A DNA stretch of 64,000 bases from Podarcis gaigeae (lineage: Eukaryota). Below are positions 38,181 to 50,460 of this stretch, piece after piece; position 1 is the stretch's first letter; each line of letters opens with the position of its first letter. The stretch lies in assembly GCA_964106915.2 (NCBI GenBank), contig OZ066920.1; one strand, written 5' to 3'. Made by a program: the position numbers and the translations under genes. Under the pieces are notes generated by a model. It worked only from the letters and a program-made list of their open reading frames with translations, made no database searches and was not told the origin of the DNA.

Positions 38181-38224
38181 TTAAGATATTAAAAATCAGG
38201 ATTTAAGATATTAAAAATCAGGAT
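38181..38224. repeat. 22-bp perfect tandem duplication
   Basis: ttaagatattaaaaatcaggat x2. Confidence 0.92.
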
Positions 38225-40119
38225 TGATGTGAGGACTAGGCATTTACTCCGTCTTCTTAACAACATCTGTATTCAACCCTACTGGGATATGTAGTCGTTT
38301 AAAATGTGGACTTAGTGAACATAAGTCTTACATTTTAGAAAAACATTGAATTTTATTTTAATGTTTAAATTCAGGAAACAAAAAAGGAAGGATATGTAAT
38401 ACAACAAGACAATTAAGGAAAGAAAGAAACTCACTGATTACAGTTCTTAATATATCACATTTCTGCCATGCATTATCCTGAATCAGTTTATGGATACATA
38501 TATGCTTACCAAGTGGTCCATCTAACTGTCCTAGATCATGAGCTGGAAGAAGAACAAGCTACTTTGGACTTCTTCCCTGGCTGTATAATGACATCAAAGT
38601 AACCGCTGTCATAAACATGGAGGAAGTGACAAATGCTTCCTCTCACATTGGTACAGTTGAGCTTTAGCAAGCCGTAAGCACACCTAGAATCTCAAGACTA
38701 CACAGCTTAGAGCAGGAGTGGCCAAGATAGATGTTGTGGCCATTCACATCAGTCTCAGCCAGCAGGGCCACTGGGCACCATGTTAACTGTACTTGGCCTA
38801 AAGGCTGTGCAATTGCTGGTGCTGTTTTTGACTGGCCTGAGCATTTGCCATGAGAACAGGGGTTGGTAACTAGTGGAAATGCTGTTATCTATCACTAGTA
38901 GCATTGTTTCCCAACCACTGGGTGAGGCATCACCTAGATCCCTTGCTAGAGCTCAGGAAGCCAGTGTAGCAGTTTATTAATTGTGCATGTGTACATTAAA
39001 ATTAAATTAGAGTTCAGGTAACTGTGAACCAATGCATCAGAAATATAAATCAATTTACTTTCCCCTGTTTTAGATGGATACAGTCTGGTAGAATAGCCAA
39101 CCAATGGCCATTTAGGCTGCAAGTTATATATTATCTGTTAATTTGATAGTTATCCTCTTCAGTTTTCATTCATTTCTATATCAGTCATAGCTACCAGTCA
39201 TATTAAGCAAACTATGCTTAGGAAGATGTGCTTTAAAAATCCTTTCCCTCTAATCTTGCTTGAATGTTGTACCAGGGACAATCGCGCGCGTGTGTGTTTA
39301 TTAATCGGATAGTGATTTTACCTGCAAGATCAAACTATTTGTATAACACACTAGTGACATACAGAAGGACCTTTCCTGAGATCTGCTGAGGGAATTGAAC
39401 CCTGTACAACAGAGCTGGAAGTTGCATCTTACCTAGCAACTGTTTCTAAGTAGGACAACCTATCACTGTTCCCATGGCGGAATGAAAGGAGCTTGCAACA
39501 CTGTTGGGAAGAAAGACTAATGGTAGGCCTAAGATGGAAGGGAGGGGGGAGGGCACCAAGGGCCTGTAGCTCAGAGCAGGGTAGGTTTTAGGATCAATTT
39601 GGTGGTGCTAGGATTGCCTGTAGCTGAACAAATAAAAGACCATTGAGGCTAGTAGGATAGTTATTAATAATATAGTATATTGTGGGTGAGCGGGCGGGGG
39701 GGGGGGGGAGAGACTAGTTCAAGCATTAAAGATACTGGGTAATTAGTTGTCATAGGAAAAGATTTCAGATACCAACCCCCTTGAATACCAAAAATTAACA
39801 TAACAGCTCACAGAATTGAAATAAAAATAAAAATCCTGAATTTTCTTATCTGCCCGCACCCCTCCCCCAGGGCGCCCCCATCATCAGTACATGCAAATTC
39901 TTTGCTACTAAAAACTAACCCAAGTAGCAAGGATTTGCACAGCATTTTTGGTTGTCATATAGAGGAAAGGCTAGAGTGAAGGATACATATGAAACTTCAT
40001 GATAGAAAGGGAAGACTAGGATGGGAATTTTTTTGTGAGTACACTTGCTGGCTGCTCTATTGAGAATTTGCATATTACAGTACATAATAATATACTCTGC
40101 AGTCAATCTGTTTGACCTC

Positions 40120-40121
<2 letters not shown>

Positions 40122-40186
<65 letters not shown>
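40122..40186. repeat. Compound microsatellite (TCTG)n(TC)n(TA)n
   Basis: Directly visible. Confidence 0.93.
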
Positions 40187-40617
40187 CCCTCTCCTCAACC
40201 CATTACTTGAAAAAGCCAGTGCTAATTTTTGGGGTGCACATTAACTGATATGGGTTAATAGCAACAAGGAGCCTGACAGTATATCTGCCCACCCTTATTT
40301 TGGCATAGCCAATGGGATAGAATGATGCCATATCTAGTCAAGGCCATTCATATTTAACTGACTTAAAATCTGGTACACCAGCATTTATGTTAGCAGGTAT
40401 CCAGTGCTATTGCATGTGTGCACCATACTTCTAATTAGTGAATAAATATTTGGGGAGGTGTAGCGGTTGCTGATTGGAACAAGATGAAAAGCTGCTTAGT
40501 ACATGAAGTATATCTTCATGATCCTGCATAAATTCTAATCCTGGAATTCTTTAGCAAGAGATTGGGTTTCAAGCATCGCAAGTGACAATAAACTTTTCTT
40601 ATATTTTTTCCCACTAG

Positions 40618-40749
40618 ATGAAGGACTAAACCACGAGTGCAAGCTCTGCAACCAGACATTTGATTCTCCTGCCAAACTACAGTGCCATCTGATAGAACAC
40701 AGCTTTGAAGGAATGGGAGGGACCTTCAAATGTCCAGTCTGCTTTACAG
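40618..40749 (+). CDS. ZNF521: ZNF521 internal coding exon (132 nt, phase 1/1): third-from-last C2H2 finger plus first half of the penultimate finger
   Basis: Pyrimidine tract + tag acceptor (ttttttcccactag|at) and donor ag|gtgagt. Translates (D)[43 protein letters not shown](V), recognised as the ZNF521/ZNF423 C-terminus; GLNHE, QTFDS and KLQCH favour ZNF521. Confidence 0.96.
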
Positions 40750-42100
40750 GTGAGTATTCAGGAACTGTTCGTTTTATTCATGCACATTCTCAAATGGTGC
40801 CATTTATGCCAGACATTGACTTCAGGTCAGCTTGCATGCAAGTATTAGATTTGTGCTCCTTAGTGGTATTGATTAGGAATTATTTTAAAAGTCAAGTGTG
40901 CAGAAAGATTGGACCTCCATCTACCTGAATTGCTTTTGCAAGCACACTCTCACACAATATGTTTTTATCGTATCAATAGGGTGGGTTCCAGAGACCCCAT
41001 ATGCTGAGCAGAAGGTTCCGATTTCTGCCTGTTTCCTCGCCTCTACTGTATCTCATCTTCCACATGCCACACTGCTCTAACCACAAAGTGAGATGAATCC
41101 TCATTGTATCCTGCTACATTCCTACCTGATGTACATACATTCTCAAAGGAAGATCATGTGTCTGTGGGGCTGTTGGAATACTTGTTTTCAGCAGAGCATT
41201 CTCAAGTCATGCTCCATTTAAGCTGATTGGCCTCTGTGTCTTCATGTCTGCATGTAGAACCAGGCACACGTTGACCCAAGAAGCCACGTTTGAGGTGGTA
41301 GGGGATCTTCTACATATACCCATACTTAGATCAGGTTCACCATGTTTATCCCTCAAGTATTCAGCACAGCGCATCAAACTACACATTGTGTATAATATTT
41401 TGGGTATAAACGTGCAAATCTGATCTAGGTCTGGGTGGTACAGTTTTCAATAGCTGCTAAAAGCTTTTTTGTTGAAGCAAGCCTACCCAAACATCTAACA
41501 TTTTAACGCCTTTTTAAAGGATTTTCTATAAGCAAGAAAACAAACAATGAGAAGCTACAACGTCTCCATAGTCATAGATGTGTATTTTTTTAAAAAAAAA
41601 CTTGCTTTTTATCTATATTTTTATAATTTTATTATGTCTCCTATTAATTGCTGCTTTAATTGCAATTTTAATGAATATTTTTTACATTTTATGTAAACCT
41701 CCTAGCGTTTTCTATCAATAAGCAGTATTTACGTTTTGCCAATAAACAGATAAATAAAGCTCCCCATTGGCACCAATGTGAAATTTGTTTACTGCTGCAG
41801 AGGGGAAGTTTCCTGGGGAAGGAGTTGTGGCTGTGGAGGAGATGATTAAGCCTTCCTTCCATGTGTGCTGACACCTCATCCAGATTGGCCCTCCCACTTC
41901 TGAATTTAAACACACACACATAGTTTACAGCTATGTATTAAACATAACATGTCGCTTAACCAAGTTACTTGCAGCATAACACCTCTATTGAACACTCTAT
42001 ATAGATCTGTTTATGAAAACTGCCTTCATATAACGTCAGCTACCACGTGATGCTTCTGCTGTGACTAAATGATGTGCTTGCCATTGTGTACTCCCTCAAA

Positions 42101-42885
42101 TAAGGTTTTTTTCAAAGAATCCAGGGAAACCTTTTTAAAAGAAACACGAGAAAAAAAGTTATTAAAATAAGTTTTGTGTCTTTTTTAAAAAAATTAAGCA
42201 GTAATATCTTCTCTTCTGTGGTCTCATCTGTCGCATGGCCTTCCTCTGGGCCCCAGCCTGGTCTCTTGGAGTGCAACCCACCATGGGTCAGGCCTGGGCT
42301 TGGCCACATGTCCTTGCCCTCCCAGTGCTCTCCTACATTTCCTAAGCAGCGGCAAGGTTGGGGCTCCCCTCTTTTTTTCTCCTTCCTCTTTCTCTCTCTT
42401 CCTTCTCCTCTCCTCCTTCTCCCTGCATCGCCTCCAGGGCTTTTCTGGCCCCAGAGCGCCACTGGGCAGTCGGCCGGGTGGCCAGGTGCTCTCGCTCCTG
42501 ACTCGATTTGGGTTGCGCGGGGCAGGACCCTGTCAGTGGTTCCTCCAGTCAATATGCTGGGTGTCCCCGGTTCCCTCTCGGCAGTGATGGCGGCAGCGGC
42601 AGTCTCAGCAGCCTGGAGCCAGCCTGGTAGTGCAGTTGGCTCTGGCTGGCTTCAGGAGCTGCTCGCTGCCATGACGCCCGCCATATTGCCTCGCCAGAAG
42701 TCCCCATATGATGTGTCTTGTGCCGTTGAACCAATCACACAACATTCATTCCTTATTAATAAATCTACAACACTTAAAATATAAATCCATGGACATTAAA
42801 TGAAATCCGGGGACAGATTTTGTCCAGGGACAGATTTGTAAATCCAGGGACTGTCCCCGGGAAACGGGGACATCTGGTAACCATA
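42101..42885. mobile_element. Non-autonomous hAT (Blackjack-like) element with GC-rich core
   Basis: Right end ggggacatctggtaaccata with repeated ccggggac/ccagggac subterminal motifs; degenerate left end taaggtt...gaatccagggaaac; imperfect TSD ccctcaaa / acttcaaa. Confidence 0.72.
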
Positions 42886-43750
42886 ACTTCAAAGAAACTA
42901 TCAAGTGCATTTTCCTTACTTCTGTACCTCTGCACTCTTCCAATCTCCCCTTATCCCCACTTTAAATCAGCTTCGCACTGCCACCTCCTCAAGCCCCCTT
43001 CCCATGTTACTGCTTCCCCACAACCAGAGGTAATTGATGCTCCAGGAGTCATGACTTGGAACCATGCCTTCCTTTCCATTGTTGTGAGAAACCTCAGGCA
43101 TTTGCTGTTTATAGGCCTATCTGTTGCCAATAAGACAAGCTCCATACCACCCTGGCAGGGGTACGAAACACACTGACATACTGGAAGAAGCATAAACCTG
43201 CAACTGTCGCTGAAAATTAAACCATAAAGACTGCATACAGACCTTTTATGTTTGACAGCAATAATGCGCCTCCAAATTATACCCTGAATCATAGTGAATA
43301 AATGCAGGATTTCTTTTTTCTAAAAGAGGAAAATCAGTGGTTTGCACAGCTCTCTATCAACGGGAAGCAATTTGGGGTTTTTGTTCTCCACTGATGCACT
43401 TTGATAAGAAAACATGACCCTTCGTACTTTCGTATTAGTCCTTCTTGTTTGGCAGCTCCATTCCCAATAAAATGCAGGCATCCACTACGAGAGCCAAATT
43501 AAAGTAAGATTTCTCTTCTGTTGGTTGAAGTTGCTGCTACTGATTATTACCTTCCCATATTCAAGTTAGACATGTTTTCCTGCATTATAACAATTTAGTT
43601 AATTTTCACTACACAGCTTGCAGTAATGATGTCTGAGGCTGTAGATAGTTTTGCTTTCAACCGGATGCCTGTCAGGCATCTGGGTTCAATAATTCCTTCA
43701 AGCATTTCTTTTGCATTTTAGTTTTTGCATTAATTGTACAGGATTTTGCG

Positions 43751-43780
43751 CTCTCTCTCTCTGTGTGTGTGTGTGTGTGT
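43751..43780. repeat. (CT)n(GT)n microsatellite
   Basis: Directly visible. Confidence 0.9.
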
Positions 43781-44302
43781 AAGTGTTTCCCCCCTTTATT
43801 CCCTTAATACAGCTTGTGATTCAAAGAGTTAAGTTTAGGATGGATTTTTAAAAAACAACAGCATACGAGAAAGCGTATGAAAAGCAACCCTACTTGTGGT
43901 TCTCACCATAAATAAGTTCCCTGATTAAAATAATAATAATAATAATAATCCTTTAATATTTCAGCCAGTGGCCCTGTAAAATGTATAAAAAAACCCATTT
44001 TCCATTTTTGCTGATGGGGTAAATAGACACAGCACATTAATCATAAACAATGATGTTTTATGAGTAATATGCTATTAAATTATTTTAGTGTGTAGAATAT
44101 TAACAAAACCAAAAATCACCAATACAAGTTTTATATGGAAAATGGAATACAATCCTTTTTAAGGTAATGAGAAATGTGATTAAAATGTATGACTCACAAG
44201 AACGCTATTCTAATTCTTTTCTCTTTTCTTTTTTTGGCATTCAATTAGAATTATTTTAATGATTAGGAATGGAGTCAAAGTTAAATGCCAACGTCTTTAA
44301 TA

Positions 44303-44587
44303 NNNNNNNNNNNNNNNNNNNNNNNNNNNNNNNNNNNNNNNNNNNNNNNNNNNNNNNNNNNNNNNNNNNNNNNNNNNNNNNNNNNNNNNNNNNNNNNNNN
44401 NNNNNNNNNNNNNNNNNNNNNNNNNNNNNNNNNNNNNNNNNNNNNNNNNNNNNNNNNNNNNNNNNNNNNNNNNNNNNNNNNNNNNNNNNNNNNNNNNNNN
44501 NNNNNNNNNNNNNNNNNNNNNNNNNNNNNNNNNNNNNNNNNNNNNNNNNNNNNNNNNNNNNNNNNNNNNNNNNNNNNNNNNNNNNNN
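44303..44587. other. N-block (285 nt) inside the short ZNF521 intron
   Basis: Run of N. Confidence 0.99.
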
Positions 44588-45086
44588 TTTTACGTTTATA
44601 GACATTGCCCCAAAGTAGCTGTGGGATATAATTTTAACATTAACACATTTAAATATAGAAATAGTTTGCTAGATTTAAGTTTTGGGCAAATGCATAAATA
44701 AATAAAAATAGTGGGTGGGTGTTTTTGTGCTATTGTATCTGTCGCTTCCATATTTCACAGTAGCAAGGATTTGTTTATTTTCAAATGTTGCTTTTGATGT
44801 TCAGCACATTGTGGTGCAATCTGAAATTATTGTGGCGAGGGGAAAGGTACATTTCTTAGTGTTTGAGATTGAAACGTTATTTGATTATGTTTTTACCAGA
44901 CATATAAGCACAGTTCTTTTACAAAGAAAAGAAAATTAGGACTTGGATGTAGAGCTGAGCAATCGTGGCTGGTGCCTATTATAGCAACAGTATAATCAGA
45001 AATTACAGGGTTCTTGGATAATTGTACCCTTTGCAATTGCTGTGAGTTAATGAGGAAATGTTCACAAAAAGTCTTTCCATGTATAA

Positions 45087-45272
<186 letters not shown>

Positions 45273-48200
45273 TAGAGATGGTTGTAGCATGTATTCTTCA
45301 CCAAAGGTGTCCACGTGGTGGATCCATAGGACTGGTTTCTGTGAAGTGCAATGATGCTTCATCAGAATTGAGCTTAGGGATGGTCAGTAGACAGACATAT
45401 TTGCAGTTAGCCCATATGTAAGACTGTCCAAGCTGCATCTTAAGAACTGCTAGGGATTCTACATGAGAACACATTTCTGTGCTGCAGACTTGAAGGAGGA
45501 TGATAGGTCTTGTAGATTCATCCTTTGGCCAGATTACAAGAAGGTAAGACTGTGGTAGAACTGCAGAGTTTGTAGCATCACAAAGAAAGAAACAAATGCA
45601 CAGAAGTATAATTTTACTTACACCTTCCGCTCTGGAGGAAGCGATAACTGAACTTGAGTTGGAGTTGGAGTTGCCAACAGTCTTGATTCTGACCATGGAA
45701 GGATCTGAGGGAAGCGCTGTCCATTTCAAGTGCTTTGAATTTGTATGGTACAACTGGCCTGACATGCTAACCCTTCAGCTGCAACCCCGGCCCCCATACA
45801 CCTTCTGGGTTCTCTGCTGATACCCAGTTGGAGACTGTGAGAAGGCAGCTGTAACTTGGGAGGACAGGGATATTCCTGTGTGAGAATTGAAAACTTTATT
45901 AAAGGGTTGATGTATAAAGCTGGCAAGTTGCAGCTTGGGGAAGAGGGCTATACCTTTAAAAACCTCCAGTCGAGGCCCAGGGCTTGCGCTGCACCTTTTC
46001 TGTCCTGCACTCTGTCACAGCTGAAGAAGATGATGACCAGCTGGAGCAAAAGAAAATAATCATCTTTGAGGGCCTGCATCTATTCACAAATACCATCCAC
46101 ATACATCAATCTTCTCAACAAACCCCCCTTTTCCTTTGTCCCTGCTCGTCAGTTGTAGAGAAGAGGTGCACCACACACACCATGACAGTGACAACAAAAG
46201 TGTGTTTGTGTAAGTGCAAACCCTTTCACTAATTGCTACTTTGCCACTTCCACCTACAGATCCCCATTAGGGTCATTTCACACATTACAAGGCAGCAAAC
46301 CTGGATTTGCATTGCCATTGAGTATTTACTTAACAGGCTGCTGTGACCAATCTGTGCTCCCTGATTAGTGTGACAGTAAGATGTATTCGATTACAAATAC
46401 ACATCTACTGCATCCACATATTACATTTTTAAGTGTAAACTTAACACATTTTAGACGTATTTTTAAAAATGTAATGTGTGATGAAGCGGTCTTTATTGAT
46501 GTCTCTTTCAGGCTCCTGAAATAAGTCAGGTCAAAATTAAACTGTTCTTGGGTGAGTGGTAGAACCAAGAGGTAGCAATCATATTACTATGCAAATAGCA
46601 AATGTACAAAAGGTATTAAAAATCAATTGTTTTAATTATTATACTACATAGTCTCTCTCTCCCCTCTTGCCCCTGATAGATTGAATATTCCATGCAGAAA
46701 TCTCCATGTCAGGGCTTAATCTCATCTGGCAGTCCTCCTCTTGAACTTAGAAGAAAGCTTTGTCTTTTGTTAAAAGTAGAATTCTTGAGTCCCTAGTGTT
46801 CATTTGTAAACCCATATTTTGCTTTCATTGGGACACATTAGTTCTCTAGAGAGAAACAGAAAAGCAAGTCTAGAGCTCTTACATGAAGTTAGAATTTATT
46901 TTAAAAGGTCTCTCAGTTGCTCGCACATAGCAGCTATAGATTTGCCAAGAATGGTTTTTGTTACACCTGCTGAAAATTAAGATTCTGAACCATTTCCCAT
47001 TTTACAAAAGTATCCACATGTAACAATGCTTTTTTTCTTCTTAAAGAGATGTTCTTAAAGGTTGTAACTTATGCATTCCTGTGTTGAAATGGATGTACCT
47101 TCTCCACCTGCTAAAGAACTTGTGAATCTAGACACCTCAAATACAGCCTATGTTTTTTTTTTATAAAAAGAACAATAGTCTTAGTCTTCCACTAATAAAA
47201 GGCACGAAAGCTGATCATGTCTGAGAATGTCCGTCCCGTCAGTTACTGAGAAGTTCATTCTTGTCTGTGATGAGTGAAGGTAGAGCTTTCTCAAAGTTGA
47301 CTTTTAGGAGATCGTCTGGAGTAGATACAATAGAAATAATGCTTTTTCAAAATGGATTGCCACTGCAGCCTGGGATTTGGTGTGTGAACATCGTGAGAAG
47401 TTTTCCATGAGATTATTATCTAATTATTCTGAATCACTTACAGTTGGATTTTGGTACAACAAATGCAGTATTTTTCAACATTAGCTAATGTTAAACATTA
47501 GCTAACAAACGGAAGGAAAACGTCACAACTTTACAAATAAGGGAAGGACGGGAGAATCATTGTGACATGAAAAGAAAACACATTATAGGAGGCAATTCTG
47601 AGCTTTGATAGAAGAAGGGTGATTTGTTGGCAGTTTTCAGATGAGGATAGAAGGAAAAGGAAGGACAGTAAGGCAGGTGGGAATTATAAACATGGGCAGC
47701 GGTTTGGCAATGCACTTGCTTAGGAGGACTGTGTTAATTTCCTATCTTAGAGATTTTCAAGGAAAGGTCAGGTTGTCAACAATGTTACTGCCCTCCTGGA
47801 AGCCAAGAGGAGCATATTAAGAAATCTCTTATAACTGAAACAGCAATGTCTGAAAGGGTATTTCATCACACTCTGGGTGGTGTATCGCACCCTCCATGAC
47901 AGCCCAAATTGATACAGAGATCCATCCAAGCAGATCTTTCACTAGATTATCAGCCTGCTAATTTCAAGAGCTGCAGCCAACCTGGGTCTCTTCTGGGTCA
48001 GCCAAAAGGTTACATGGTTGAAATGACGTTGCTTGCGCTTGATCAGCTCTAATGATACTATTACTCAAGCTATTGAGCTGCCACTCCTTAGGGGAGAAGT
48101 TGCTTGTGTTTAATTTCTAGACAGAGACTATGAGAGAGCTTCCAATAAAACCTCTAAGAAAGAGATTATGGTGGACATGGAGTCAACAGTATCATGCTTA

Positions 48201-50119
48201 ATATTTCCTCTATGACGATTAATAAATAACAGAAAGGGGTGAAGCATTCTAAACTTTCAACTCAAGCGATCAATTTAAATTTTCAAGGATATCTTCACAA
48301 GGAAAAAGGCTAAGAATTTTTTTTAAAATGAAGCAAAGGATTAGATTTGACATTTCAAGATCCCCGGAGTCATTGGGAAGAGGGGGAGCAGCCACTGGTT
48401 TTCAGGCCCTGGAGGCCAGCTGTGATTATGCATCCAGTAAGGAATATCTTATCTGTTCTTCTCCTTTGAAAGGAAATCTACCTGAAATCCAATTAACATC
48501 ACTCAGCTTTAGGCCAACATTTTCATATATTATAGTCTTAATTTTTCAGAGGTCTTGAGCATCAGCAGCTGCTATTTATAACAGAAAAAGAGGCACAGTG
48601 TTATTCAGCGCTCCAGACATAAGCACCTGAATTTAGGAATTCTCATAATGCCATAACTTACATCAAAGTGCCCTAGCTCTCAAGAAAGCGCTGATTGCCA
48701 CCACTTCCACTAACTAATGTGTGAACTCAGTGCTTAAATATGACAATTTCAGTCAGCTGCGGTAGGCAAACAGGCTTCTTCAATATGGTAGAGAATATTT
48801 CTAAGAACCAAGTGATATTCCCAAGTATATCATAGACTGGAGAGAGGTCTTCCTTTGCACCAGGGCTCAGACTTGGAAGCTGCTTTCAGACCATGTTCTG
48901 AGTGTTTTTCCGTCATTGCTAAGCAACCACAACTTGTTTTCTTCTCATGAGTTCCAGGCAAGGTTGAGGCCTAGCATATAACTTATTAGAATTTAAACAC
49001 TAGCTGGGGATCATCATATTCTGCCACAGCAAACTTCACAAATAAAAAGAAACACATCTTCCCAGGTATAAGTCAGCAGGATTCCAAATGTGACAACACA
49101 AGGGGAAAGAAAATAGTGCCTCGTTCAATTAACTTTCGAGTCTCGTTATATTAATTTTATTGTGGTGAAAACCTTTTATTTTGCAGAGTTTTAAAGATTG
49201 CATTTGAAATTTGGAGTGGGGTTTTTCTTTAGTCTCTGTTTACATAGAGGTGAAATTACCAAGGACATCTGAAAAGTAATCATGATATTGTCCCTCAGGG
49301 ATGCCTGAAAACATCTGTACATAAAAGAGGTCTCCAGTTTTCTTGGCAGTCCTTTTCCCCAAACAGTTAACGTAGATGTACTTTGGTACAAGAGAGTTTG
49401 TTACAAAAATGTTTGGGGGGCGGGAACCTGAAAATGTATGAATGACATGACTAAAGGAACATGTTTTAAATTCCTTCCACTGTTCCATTTCTCCCCTGGG
49501 GATTAAAGGTCTTTAGAGCCATATTAGTCTTTCATAAGGTAATTCTTTTCTGAAAAAGAAACTTCCTGATCTGGATTGTGTGAACCCAACCTTATTTGAT
49601 TGGCCTATTCAAATATAATCACTCCCAGTGGGTAGGTGGTTCATTAGGGTGTGAATATTTATAGCCCCTTGTAAAATCAACTAGATCTGATGTGTCAGTC
49701 ACATTGTAGAATGAGGACGTAAAATGATTAAATAGCTTAGCTGTGTCTTATGCACTGGCTTCTTTTTTTCACAGGGATTCTTGTAATAGCATATAGAATG
49801 ACTCCTTTTTCTTCAGAGCTCCAGTTGTTGAAAATGGTTCAATTGAGCATCTTAGACTGAGAAAATCAGTTCAATATCCCATATTAAACTGAAACCATTA
49901 AAAAAATGTTGCATTAGTTGCAGTGTTCATAACTACTAACAATCTCTGCTTAGCTCCTCTTTTTGTGTTTCTTTGTTGTGTTTTGCCTTGTTGAACTGTT
50001 AGCCTATTTTTTAAGGTTTTTTTATGCTTGCTGTGTTTTTTATTTTTAGGAGCTGCTTAGCTGAAGAGTGCTGATGCTTCTAAATTGTACTTTGATTTGG
50101 TGGCATGACTGTTGCAGAC

Positions 50120-50460
50120 CCAAGTTATCCAAGTATCCCTGTTTCCCAGGGACATCCCTGATTTAGAGAAGCTGTCCCGGTTTCTGATTTGATTCCGGAA
50201 TGTCCTCCTTTTCCTTGGGATGTCCCTATTTTCATTGGAGAAATGTTGGAGGGTATGGGGTGATCGGACCCTTGAGCCGTTTCAAGGCAATCCTGTATAG
50301 GGAAGAATTTTTTAAATGTTTAATTATGTTTTTGTATATGTTGGAAGCTGCCCAGAGAGGCTGGGGCAACCCAGAAAGATGTGTGGGGTATAAATAGCAA
50401 AAGTATTATTTTTATGGAATGGGATGTCCCTATTTTCACCAGAGAAATGTTGGAGGGTAT
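50120..50460. mobile_element. Composite hAT-like element with duplicated terminus
   Basis: gggatgtccctattttca..(g/a)gagaaatgttggagggtatg occurs at about 50217-50257 and 50421-50460; gtccc subterminal motifs upstream. Confidence 0.7.

Noticed and set aside
40713-40928. [19 protein letters not shown]... as a standalone gene
   Set aside because: It is the tail of the ZNF521 exon reading through the donor site into the intron.
42176-42784. 202-aa ORF (and the antisense 146-aa ORF)
   Set aside because: Lies within the GC-rich core of a non-autonomous hAT element, has low-complexity composition, and shows no recognisable domain.
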